Of a DNA stretch of 64,000 nucleotides, positions 25,595-33,853 are shown in pieces. The number at the start of each line of letters is the position of its first letter. Positions within the stretch are counted from its first letter, which is position 1. Source of the DNA: Candidatus Nealsonbacteria bacterium. Its GTDB lineage: Bacteria; Patescibacteriota; Minisyncoccia; Minisyncoccales; MHMH01. The stretch lies in NCBI GenBank assembly GCA_016181965.1, contig JACOYH010000003.1:65013-129012 (forward strand). Direction: 5' to 3'. The position numbers and the translations under genes are program-made. The notes under the pieces are model-generated. The model ran no database searches, was not told the origin of the DNA, and worked only from the letters and a program-made list of their open reading frames with translations.

Positions 25595-26389
25595 ATTGCC
25601 TTCGCTTAGAAGATAAAGATTCTTTGCGTTTCTGTCCCAGTAAATCTCGGGGTTTTTGTATTCAAAAAGATCAATCATATTAAGGCGATCTCTATTGTCT
25701 ATTTCCGTAATCTTAAGACCGTTGCCGACATTGAATAAAATATAATAGTTATTCAGCCAGACGGCTTTGCCGATTTTTTCCGAAAAACGCGTTAAAAATA
25801 TTTTATTGCCCTGCGATTGCCCGAGGTCATACTGGGTTTCGAGGAAAAGCACTATAACTTCATGCTCGGTAAAATAAAGAGCTCTTTTTTTATCCGGGGA
25901 AATTTCGAAACCGCTAAAGTCAAAATCGATAAGGGTTTCGGGAATTTCTACCTGAGCATTATTATTCAATTGTGTCCCGGCAAGAATTGTTTTAATTTCT
26001 TCCTGGTCGCTAGCGATGAATTCCGCATTGATATTTTGCGGAAAAAGCGTGACATGCTTGGCCTCGCTCACTTCTCTTTCGCGGACGATAAGCGTTTTTT
26101 GCCAAGAGTGGTAGCCATCCTTTCTTATTTCAATTTCATATTTTCCGGGTAGGAGATTTTCCACTAAAAGCGAGCTATCGATGAAAGAAGTCGCGCCGCG
26201 CAATTTATTGTTGAGATAAATTTTCGCTCCCCGAGGCGATACTTTAGCATAGAAAGCGCCGGTCTGTGTTATTCTTTTTTGGTCAAAATCAAAACGATAT
26301 CCTTGGGAATAAAGGATAGCGGAAGGAGCTGCTAAGAAGAATAATAAAAGACAAGCGACGAATAAAATCGTCCTAGTTCTCTTTTGCAT
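25565..26389 (-). CDS. PEGA-domain membrane-anchored protein
   Basis: N-terminal TM helix (ILFVACLLLFFLAAP). GAKIYLNNKLRG...LLPGKYEIEIRKDGYHSWQKTLIV resembles a PEGA domain. Confidence 0.6.
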   Translation of the reverse strand: MQKRTRTILFVACLLLFFLAAPSAILYSQGYRFDFDQKRITQTGAFYAKVSPRGAKIYLNNKLRGATSFIDSSLLVENLLPGKYEIEIRKDGYHSWQKTLIVREREVSEAKHVTLFPQNINAEFIASDQEEIKTILAGTQLNNNAQVEIPETLIDFDFSGFEISPDKKRALYFTEHEVIVLFLETQYDLGQSQGNKIFLTRFSEKIGKAVWLNNYYILFNVGNGLKITEIDNRDRLNMIDLFEYKNPEIYWDRNAKNLYLLSEGNLYKASSLLP

Positions 26390-26457
26390 TTCAGTTGTAT
26401 TATGGCTTAAAAATAGATATTTGCCAAGCGATAGAATTTAGCATAGAATAAAAACGC

Positions 26458-27717
26458 ATGGCAGACCATTTTGTAATCCATGGGGGCAGACCCCTGGGGG
26501 GAGCAATTGAAGTGAGGGGAGCGAAGAATGCCGCTTTTCCAATTCTGGCCGCTTCTCTTCTCACCAAGAAAGAATGCGTCATCGACAATCTTCCTCTCAT
26601 TGAGGATGTTTTTCGTATCATTGAAATTTTAAAAAGCATGGGGGCCGAGATTTCATGGGAAGGAGAGCGGTGCATTAAGATTAAAAATTCCGATATACAT
26701 CCCGACCAAATGCGAGGCGATTTGATAAAATTATTAAGAGGTTCCATTTTGCTGTTCGGACCACTGCTGGCAAGGTTTGGCAAGGTGGCGTTTCCGCAGC
26801 CGGGCGGGTGTGTTATTGGGGCCAGGCCTATTGATGTTCATTTGGACGGATTTAGACAGCTTGGAGCGCAGATAGTCAAGGAAGGCAATAAGTATGCATT
26901 GAAAGCCAATGGCGCAGGCGGAACGGCCATACTGAATGAATTCAGCGTAACAGCTACAGAAAATTTAATGCTGTTTGCCAGTTTGACGCCCAAGAAGACG
27001 TTCATCAAGATCGCCGATCAGGATTATCAGGTGCAGGAGTTGGCCGCCTTTCTAAAAAAGATGGGAGTTAAAATTAAAGGAGCCGGCACTCACCATGTGA
27101 TTATTGAGGGCCGAGAGCAACTAAGGGGCGCAAGACATCGTTTAATGAGCGACCCCATTGAGGCGGGCACTTTTATTTTAACTGCCGCAGCTGCCAAGGG
27201 AGATGTGTTGGTGCAGAATGTCGCGGTTGATTTTTTAGAGCTTCCTCTAAAAAAACTTAAGGACTTTGGTGTTCCTTGCCAGGTACGCAAGCAGTCGGTC
27301 AGGGTTTTGCCTTGGAAAAGTTTGCAAATCGACAAAATCCAAAGTTTGCCTTACCCCGGCATTCCTTCCGACCTCCAGTCCGCTTTTGGTGTTTTGGCAA
27401 CTCAAGCCAAGGGCTCAACGTTGATTCATGATCCTCTATACGAAGGTCGGCTGAAGTATTTGGAGGAGTTAAATAAGATGGGCGCTGAAATATATTTTGC
27501 CGATCCGCACCGGGCTCTCATCAACGGGCCCACCCAGCTGTATGGACAGGAATTGGGATCATTCGATTTGCGGGGAGGAGCTGCCCTTATTATTGCCGGC
27601 CTTATTGCCAAAGGGCAGACGATAATCAATAATATCTATCAGATAGACCGCGGCTATGAAAAAATCGAAGAGCGCTTGAAAAAAATAGGCGCAGATATCC
27701 AAAGAGTAAAAAATTAA
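26458..27717 (+). CDS. murA: UDP-N-acetylglucosamine 1-carboxyvinyltransferase
   Basis: GAIEVRGAKNAAFPILAASLL...PGGCVIGARPIDVHL...GFPGIPSDLQ-like (YPGIPSDLQ). Confidence 0.9.
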   Translation: MADHFVIHGGRPLGGAIEVRGAKNAAFPILAASLLTKKECVIDNLPLIEDVFRIIEILKSMGAEISWEGERCIKIKNSDIHPDQMRGDLIKLLRGSILLFGPLLARFGKVAFPQPGGCVIGARPIDVHLDGFRQLGAQIVKEGNKYALKANGAGGTAILNEFSVTATENLMLFASLTPKKTFIKIADQDYQVQELAAFLKKMGVKIKGAGTHHVIIEGREQLRGARHRLMSDPIEAGTFILTAAAAKGDVLVQNVAVDFLELPLKKLKDFGVPCQVRKQSVRVLPWKSLQIDKIQSLPYPGIPSDLQSAFGVLATQAKGSTLIHDPLYEGRLKYLEELNKMGAEIYFADPHRALINGPTQLYGQELGSFDLRGGAALIIAGLIAKGQTIINNIYQIDRGYEKIEERLKKIGADIQRVKN

Positions 27718-27723
27718 ACAACT

Positions 27724-28731
27724 ATGTTTTCAAAAAAAATCGGCATTGACTTGGGGACTTGTAATTCGTTGGTCTTTATTCCCCAGAAAGGAGTGATTCT
27801 TAATGAGCCGTCGGTGGTAGCTGTTTCGCTCGACGAAAACAGAATTTTGGCAGTGGGGGAGGCGGCTAAAGAAATGACCGGCCGAACTCCCGACGCTATC
27901 CGCGTGTACCGCCCCATGAGAGACGGAGTAATCGCCGACTTCCGGGTGACCCAAGCCATGATTCGCTATTTCATAACCAAGACAGCGGGACGGCTTAGAT
28001 TCCTAAAGCCGGAATTGATGATTTCTGTGCCGGCCGGCATCACTTCAACAGAAAAAAGAGCTGTTATTGAGGCGGCCCTAAACGCCGGGGCAAAAGAGGC
28101 CTTTGTGGCCAAAGAGCCCATATTGGCGGCTATCGGGGCCGGTATTCCCATCAACGCTTGCTCCGGCCATCTAATTGTTGATATTGGCGGGGGTACCTCT
28201 GAAGTGGCGGTGATTTCTCTTGGCGGCATAGTCACGGCAAATTCGGTCAGAGTGGCTGGCGATAAAATGAATTTTGCCATTTCAGAGTTTATAAAAAAGA
28301 AATACAATCTCGCTGTTGGCGATCAGACAGCCGAGGAAATAAAAATTAAGATAGGCACTGCTCTTCCCGAAAAAGACGAGAGGACCATAGAAATACGGGG
28401 AAGGGATTTAATGCTCGGATTGCCCAGAACTATTAGGGTTTCCTCGAATGAGGTTTGCGGGGCCATTTCCGAATCATTGGGAGAAATTATTAAGACGATA
28501 AAGCAGGTTTTAAGAGATACCCCGCCAGAATTATCGGCCGATATAATGGATAAGGGCATGGTTATTTCTGGCGGAGGAGCTCTATTGAGCAACATTGACG
28601 AGCTGATAGCCCAAGCGACGGGCATTCCCTGTTTTATTGCCGAAGAGCCGCTATTATGCGTAGCCAAGGGAACAGGCGTTGCTTTGGAAAATTTGGACAT
28701 CTATAAAAGGAGCATTTTGAGCAAGCGATAA
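27724..28731 (+). CDS. mreB: Rod-shape determining protein MreB (paralog 1)
   Basis: IGIDLGTCNSLVF...PSVVAV...LIVDIGGGTSEVAVISLGGIV...VISGGGALL. Confidence 0.9.
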   Translation: MFSKKIGIDLGTCNSLVFIPQKGVILNEPSVVAVSLDENRILAVGEAAKEMTGRTPDAIRVYRPMRDGVIADFRVTQAMIRYFITKTAGRLRFLKPELMISVPAGITSTEKRAVIEAALNAGAKEAFVAKEPILAAIGAGIPINACSGHLIVDIGGGTSEVAVISLGGIVTANSVRVAGDKMNFAISEFIKKKYNLAVGDQTAEEIKIKIGTALPEKDERTIEIRGRDLMLGLPRTIRVSSNEVCGAISESLGEIIKTIKQVLRDTPPELSADIMDKGMVISGGGALLSNIDELIAQATGIPCFIAEEPLLCVAKGTGVALENLDIYKRSILSKR

Positions 28732-28733
28732 TT

Positions 28734-29537
28734 ATGGCATCTGCTTTCCAAAAGCAGAGGGATTTTTTGCAGAGATCAGCCCGACTTGGGAAAATAGCCC
28801 ACGCTTATTTATTTTACGGAAATGAGTCGTGCGGCAAAGAGAAGCTCGCGCTGGAATTCATTAAGCTGATTAATTGCCAAACAAAAAACGAAACAGCTTG
28901 CGGGAGCTGTCGAAGCTGTTTAGACATAGAGAAAAATGTTTCGCCCGATCTGTTTTTGATTGAGCCCGAAGAAGATGAAATCAAAATTGCCAAAATCCGA
29001 GAGCTTCACTCAAAGCTTGCCCTGCGCGCATATTCCGCGCCTTATAAAGCCGCAGTGATAAATCGGGCGCATACTCTCAACGCCGAAGCGCAATCGGCTT
29101 TTTTGAAATTACTTGAAGAGCCCAAGGGCCAGACGCTATTTGTGCTTTTAACCGAATATCCCGAGCGGCTTTTGCCCACCATTCTTTCCCGCGTTGAGCG
29201 CTTGCGATTTTATTCTGGTCCGACAGAAAGCGCAAACAAAGATGCGCTGGGAAAAATCGCCGCGGATCTATCGCAGCTCGCCAAAAATGATTTATCCCGG
29301 CGCTTCGCTTATGCTCAAAAATTAGCTGAAAAACAAGAAGAACTGCCTCGCATCTTAACTCTTTGGATGGCCTATTTTAGAGAGCAACTTTTAAAGTCCG
29401 TGGCAGGAGAAAAAGGCGAGTATTCTACGGCTAAACTCTTTAAAATTTTAAACTCCCTTCAGACGACCGCATTGTTGCTCTCCACCACCAATGCCAATCC
29501 GCGCCTAGCCCTGGAGATTCTAATGTTGGAATTATAA
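28734..29537 (+). CDS. holB: DNA polymerase III delta' subunit
   Basis: IAHAYLFYGNESCGKEKLALEFIKLINC...CGSCRSC...LLKLLEEP...TILSR, the clamp-loader pattern. Confidence 0.7.
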   Translation: MASAFQKQRDFLQRSARLGKIAHAYLFYGNESCGKEKLALEFIKLINCQTKNETACGSCRSCLDIEKNVSPDLFLIEPEEDEIKIAKIRELHSKLALRAYSAPYKAAVINRAHTLNAEAQSAFLKLLEEPKGQTLFVLLTEYPERLLPTILSRVERLRFYSGPTESANKDALGKIAADLSQLAKNDLSRRFAYAQKLAEKQEELPRILTLWMAYFREQLLKSVAGEKGEYSTAKLFKILNSLQTTALLLSTTNANPRLALEILMLEL

Positions 29538-29566
29538 TTTTATTTTTTATTGCACTACATCAATAT

Positions 29567-29589
29567 TAGCGAGAAACGATCCCGCTAAT
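29567..29589. repeat. Half copy of palindromic repeat family B
   Basis: TAGCGAGAAACGATCCCGCTAAT is identical to 62961-62983. With its flank it forms a 7-bp hairpin ATTAGCG/CGCTAAT. Confidence 0.75.
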
Positions 29590-29591
29590 GA

Positions 29592-29620
29592 TTGACAAAA
29601 GTTAATAATGATGCTATTAT
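29592..29620 (+). promoter_or_regulatory. Sigma70-like promoter
   Basis: TTGACA (29592-29597), 17-nt spacer, TATTAT (29615-29620). Confidence 0.5.
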
Positions 29621-29657
29621 TTCGGTAACGAAATAAGGAGAAGGAAAGGTGAAAGTG

Positions 29658-29798
29658 ATGGGAGTTATAGTCCGCGCCGCGTTAACGGCCATCATGGCCG
29701 CTGGCGCGGTATACTTTGCTATCGGTGGAGAGGCGTTGTACGCCGCCCTGTACGCCGGAGTCGCTGTTTTTAACTGGCTGCTCTTTGTTAAAAGTTAG
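29658..29798 (+). CDS. Candidate 46-aa hydrophobic peptide (not in ORF track)
   Basis: AAGGAG lies upstream. It encodes MGVIVRAALTAIMAAGAVYFAIGGEALYAALYAGVAVFNWLLFVKS*. It is G+C-rich, between a promoter and a terminator. Confidence 0.35.
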   Translation: MGVIVRAALTAIMAAGAVYFAIGGEALYAALYAGVAVFNWLLFVKS

Positions 29799-29808
29799 AG
29801 TAGCCCGG

Positions 29809-29845
29809 GCCCGAGAAATTAAAAATTCTTGGGCTTTTTCTTTTT
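29809..29845 (+). terminator. Intrinsic terminator
   Basis: 9-bp stem GCCCGAGAA/TTCTTGGGC (one G-T pair), then TTTTTCTTTTT. Confidence 0.6.
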
Positions 29846-29884
29846 AGTTGGCAAGTGTTTTTTATTTTGATATACTAAAACAAC

Positions 29885-30442
29885 ATGGAATACAAAGAAA
29901 TAATCAGTAAAATTAAACCGGAATTAGACAAGGTTGTTGCTTTTTTTGAAGGAGAGCTGGCAAAAATCAGGACCGGTCGGGCTACGCCGTCTTTAATTGA
30001 AGATGTAATAGTAGATATTTTCGGCCAGAAAATGCCGCTCAAGCAGCTTGGCGCGATTTCCAGCCCGGAGCCGCGGCAACTCGTTGTTCAGCCGTGGGAT
30101 AAGTCATATGTTGAGCCGATTGAAAGAGCGTTATCTGCGGCCAATATTGGCGCGTTTCCGGTGGTTGACCGCGACGTGATACGCATTAATCTGCCGTCCA
30201 TGACCGAAGAATACCGCATGACTCTTGTAAAAATTCTGTCAGAAAAAGAAGAAGAAGCCAGAAGGACTATCCGCAAGTGGCGCGAGGAGGCCTGGGGAGA
30301 TGTTCAGGAAAAGACGCGCGAGGGAAAAATCAGGGAAGACGACAAATTTAAGGCAAAGGACGAACTGCAGAAAATAGTGGACGAGTATGTCGGCAAAATT
30401 GAACAGCTGGGAGAAAAGAAGCGGAAAGAAGTAGAAAAGTAG
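29885..30442 (+). CDS. frr: Ribosome recycling factor
   Basis: FEGELAKIRTGRATPSLIEDV...INLPSMTEEYR...IRKWREEA, the RRF pattern. Confidence 0.95.
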   Translation: MEYKEIISKIKPELDKVVAFFEGELAKIRTGRATPSLIEDVIVDIFGQKMPLKQLGAISSPEPRQLVVQPWDKSYVEPIERALSAANIGAFPVVDRDVIRINLPSMTEEYRMTLVKILSEKEEEARRTIRKWREEAWGDVQEKTREGKIREDDKFKAKDELQKIVDEYVGKIEQLGEKKRKEVEK

Positions 30443-30450
30443 ACATTTTT

Positions 30451-31251
30451 ATGATTATTACCATATTAGTCGCTTTTATTAGTTTGATGGGCCTGATGAT
30501 AATTCATGAATTCGGGCATTTTATTTTAGCGAAGAAATTTGGCGCTGATGTCGAAGAGTTTGGCGTTGGCTATCCGCCGCGAATTTTTGCAAAAAAAATC
30601 GGCGCAGTCGTTTATTCGCTCAACCTAATTCCCTTTGGCGCTTTTGTGAATATTAAGGGAGAGAAGGGCGGCATAGAAGATCCCCATAGTTTTGCCGGCA
30701 AGCCCATGCTGCAAAGAGTGTTAATTGTTTTGGGAGGCGTAATTTCGTTTTGGCTGGTGGCAATTTTGCTTCTGAGTATTGTAGCCGGAGTATGGGGGCT
30801 GCCTTTCGTGCGGGGCTTTGAAACCCCGTCGCCTTGGTATCAAGCTCCTTTGGGGGGCATCATCGGCACGGCCAACCTGACTATTGGCGTTGTTCAGGGT
30901 TGGATAATGGGAGTAAAAAGTATGCTGGGGGTCGCCCAACTTCCCCCGGGGGTTGAGCTGGAAATGATGGGACCCTTGGGCATATTTGATTTAATGAGAA
31001 CCTATTTTGCAATGGGTATTAATTACTATTTGTTTTTGGTTTCTCTTATTTCGGTTGCCTTGGCGTTGGCCAATCTTTTGCCCATTCCGGCGCTGGATGG
31101 CGGCAAAATAGTTTTTTTAGCCATAGAGGCAATCAGAAAAAAACCGCTCAACCATAAATTAGAAGCTAGAATCACGGGGGTATTTTTCGCGCTTCTTATT
31201 ATTTTAATGATATTTGTTACCATTAATTTCGACATCCCGCGGCTATTTTAG
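30451..31251 (+). CDS. Site-2 (M50/RseP-like) membrane metalloprotease without PDZ domain
   Basis: HEFGHFILAKKFG (HExxH) and NLLPIPALDGG motifs. The protein is only 266 aa. Confidence 0.8.
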   Translation: MIITILVAFISLMGLMIIHEFGHFILAKKFGADVEEFGVGYPPRIFAKKIGAVVYSLNLIPFGAFVNIKGEKGGIEDPHSFAGKPMLQRVLIVLGGVISFWLVAILLLSIVAGVWGLPFVRGFETPSPWYQAPLGGIIGTANLTIGVVQGWIMGVKSMLGVAQLPPGVELEMMGPLGIFDLMRTYFAMGINYYLFLVSLISVALALANLLPIPALDGGKIVFLAIEAIRKKPLNHKLEARITGVFFALLIILMIFVTINFDIPRLF

Positions 31252-31255
31252 CGAT

Positions 31256-32509
31256 ATGAGGCAATCAGAACTTTTTGCCAAAATAAAAAAGGAAGCGCCA
31301 AAGGACGCAGAAAGCATTTCCCACAAGTATTTGGCGAGAGGTGATTTTATTGACCAGGCGGCCTCGGGCATTTACAGCTTTTTACCGTTGGGCTGGAGAG
31401 TGCACAAGAAAATCGAGAATATTATTCGTCAAGAGATGTTGTCTGTTGGCGGTCAAGAGATTTTTCTGCCTGTTTTAACCCCAAAAAAGTTTTGGCTGGA
31501 AACGGGCAGGTGGCAAACAATCGACCCGCCGCTTTTTAAATTCAAAGACCGCCATGGCTCCGAGCTTGCCCTGGGTCCAACGCACGAGGAAATTATTACC
31601 GACCTTGTCAGGCGAAGAGTAAAATCCTATCGCGACTTGCCGCTCTATCTTTTCCAAATTCAGGATAAGTTTAGAAATGAAATGCGGGCTACCGGTGGCT
31701 TGCTGCGCGTCAGGGAATTTATTATGAAGGATCTATATAGTTTCCATCAAAGCCCGAAAGATGCGAAAGAATTTTACGAAAAAGTTAAAAAGGCCTATCT
31801 GCGGATTTTCAAGCGTTGCGGCTTAAATCCGGTCGCCGTGGAAGCAGACCCGGGCACTATCGGCGGAGAAATGTCGCACGAATTCATGGTGCTTTCTGAA
31901 ACAGGCGAAGACAAGGTTCTGGTTTGCAAAAAGTGCGGATTTGCGGGGAACATTGAAAAATTCCAAGATATTAAAATCTGCCCCAAGTGCCAATCAAACC
32001 TTGAAAAGTTTTCTGCCATTGAGTCAGCCCACGCTTTTTATCTGGGAACAAAATACAGCAGCCCAATGGTTGCCAATTTTATTGACAAGAAAGGCGGGCA
32101 AAATCCCGTTATTATGGGCTGTTACGGCATTGGGCTGGGGCGGCTCATGGCAACGATTATTGAAGCCAACCACGATCAGCGTGGTATTGTGTGGCCGATT
32201 GAAGTGGCGCCGTTTGCCTTGCATCTGATTCCAGTTGGCGGATCGGCCAAAGTAACGGCCGCGACTGACAAAATTTACGATAGCTTGAAAAAAGCGGCGA
32301 TGGATGTATTATATGACGACAGAGTAGAGAAAACGCCCGGAGAAAAGTTTGCCGAGGCGGATCTGATTGGCATACCTACGCGGTTGGTGGTTAGCGAAAA
32401 AACCCTAGAAAAGAATTCAGTCGAAATCAAGAAACGCAACGAACAAAAAACAAGATTGGTTAGATTAGCTAAGCTAAGCAACCAGTTGCTTAGCTTAGCT
32501 AAGCAATAG
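31256..32509 (+). CDS. proS: Prolyl-tRNA synthetase
   Basis: The ATG at 31256 gives MRQSELFAKIKKEAPKDAE... It has class II motifs (FRNEMRATGGLLRVREF, GCYGIGLGRL). Confidence 0.9.
   Translation: MRQSELFAKIKKEAPKDAESISHKYLARGDFIDQAASGIYSFLPLGWRVHKKIENIIRQEMLSVGGQEIFLPVLTPKKFWLETGRWQTIDPPLFKFKDRHGSELALGPTHEEIITDLVRRRVKSYRDLPLYLFQIQDKFRNEMRATGGLLRVREFIMKDLYSFHQSPKDAKEFYEKVKKAYLRIFKRCGLNPVAVEADPGTIGGEMSHEFMVLSETGEDKVLVCKKCGFAGNIEKFQDIKICPKCQSNLEKFSAIESAHAFYLGTKYSSPMVANFIDKKGGQNPVIMGCYGIGLGRLMATIIEANHDQRGIVWPIEVAPFALHLIPVGGSAKVTAATDKIYDSLKKAAMDVLYDDRVEKTPGEKFAEADLIGIPTRLVVSEKTLEKNSVEIKKRNEQKTRLVRLAKLSNQLLSLAKQ
32465..32502. repeat. Palindromic repeat family C, inside the proS 3' end
   Basis: TTAGCTAAGCTAAGCAAC-CA-GTTGCTTAGCTTAGCTAA. 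It encodes the last residues ..LAKLSNQLLSLAKQ*. Confidence 0.8.
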
Positions 32510-32513
32510 CCCT

Positions 32514-33566
32514 ATGTTGAACAACCTTTTTTCATATTTTTCAGAGGACATTGCCATTGATTTGGGAACTGCCAATTCTTTGGTTTATGTGCGAGGCAAG
32601 GGGATAGTGATTTCCGAGCCGTCGGTCGTGGCGGTGAATCAAAAGACCGGCCAGATTTTAGCCATTGGCGACGAGGCGCGAAAGATGGTTGGCCGCACGC
32701 CCGCCCATATCGTAGCCATAAGGCCGCTGGTTAAGGGCGTGATTTCCGATTTTGAGGTAACGGAGCAGATGCTCAAGTATTTTATTGAGAAAGTTCACAA
32801 GCGCCGATTTATTTTGTCGCCTCGGCCCAGAGTTATTATCGGCATACCATGCGGCATTACCGAGGTTGAAAAAAAATCCGTGCAGGACGCGGCCAAGAAT
32901 GCCGGCGCCAGAGAAGTTTATTTAATCGAGCAACCCATGGCTGCCGCTATTGGCGCCCGTTTGCAGGTGCAGGAGGCGGGAGGTAATTTTATAGTTGACA
33001 TCGGCGGAGGCACCACGGGCGTGGCCGTTATTTCTCTTGGCGGGTTGGTGATTGCCAAAAACTTGAGAGTGGCCGGAGACAAACTCAACAGCGACATTAT
33101 TTACTTCAGTCAAGAAGAATATAAATTACTCGTGGGTGAGCGCACTGCCGAGGAAGTTAAAATAGGCATTGGTTCGGCTTATGTGCTCAAAGATAAAAAG
33201 GAAACGCCCATTCGCGGCAGGAATCTGATAACCGGACTGCCCGAAGAGATTATGGTGACAGATGCCGATGTGAGGAGGGCCATGGAGAAATCAGTCAGGC
33301 AAATTGTCAACACAATTAAAACAACCGTGGAAGAAACCCCGCCGGAGCTTTTGGCCGATATCATGTCCCGCGGGATTTATTTGGCCGGCGGGGGAGCTCT
33401 TTTGCGAGGACTCGACACGCTTGTCAGCAGGGAGACAAAAATTCCCACTAAAATCATAGACGATCCCTTAACGGCCGTTGTCAGGGGAGCCGGCGTGGTT
33501 TTAGAAAATCTTGATGAATTAAAAGATGTCCTCGTGGATACCAGCCAATTAGAACCCCCCAAATGA
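32514..33566 (+). CDS. mreB: Rod-shape determining protein MreB (paralog 2)
   Basis: IAIDLGTANSLVY...PSVVAV...FIVDIGGGTTGVAVISLGGLV...YLAGGGALLRGL. Confidence 0.9.
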   Translation: MLNNLFSYFSEDIAIDLGTANSLVYVRGKGIVISEPSVVAVNQKTGQILAIGDEARKMVGRTPAHIVAIRPLVKGVISDFEVTEQMLKYFIEKVHKRRFILSPRPRVIIGIPCGITEVEKKSVQDAAKNAGAREVYLIEQPMAAAIGARLQVQEAGGNFIVDIGGGTTGVAVISLGGLVIAKNLRVAGDKLNSDIIYFSQEEYKLLVGERTAEEVKIGIGSAYVLKDKKETPIRGRNLITGLPEEIMVTDADVRRAMEKSVRQIVNTIKTTVEETPPELLADIMSRGIYLAGGGALLRGLDTLVSRETKIPTKIIDDPLTAVVRGAGVVLENLDELKDVLVDTSQLEPPK

Positions 33567-33853
33567 TCCCAGAGAAAGACGTAAAACGTATTGCAAATTT
33601 GGCGCGACTGAGCTTGAGCCCGGCTGAAATCAAGCAGTATCAAAAAGAGCTTTCCCCGATTTTGGATTATATTGGAGTTCTCAAAAAAGCCGATATTACA
33701 AAAGCAGATGTTACCAGCCATCCGCGCGAGGCGCTCAACGTTTTCAGAAAAGACGAGGCCTTTAAAGAAACGGAAGAAGAGGTCGGCAAATTAGTTCAAG
33801 CAGCCCCGGATAAAAAAGAGGGCTATATAAAAGTAAAATCCGTCTTGAAGTAA
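33563..33853 (+). CDS. gatC: Asp/Glu-tRNA amidotransferase subunit C
   Basis: 96 aa with VKRIANLARLSLSPAEIKQYQKELSPILDYI. It lies directly upstream of gatA. Confidence 0.85.
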   Translation: MIPEKDVKRIANLARLSLSPAEIKQYQKELSPILDYIGVLKKADITKADVTSHPREALNVFRKDEAFKETEEEVGKLVQAAPDKKEGYIKVKSVLK

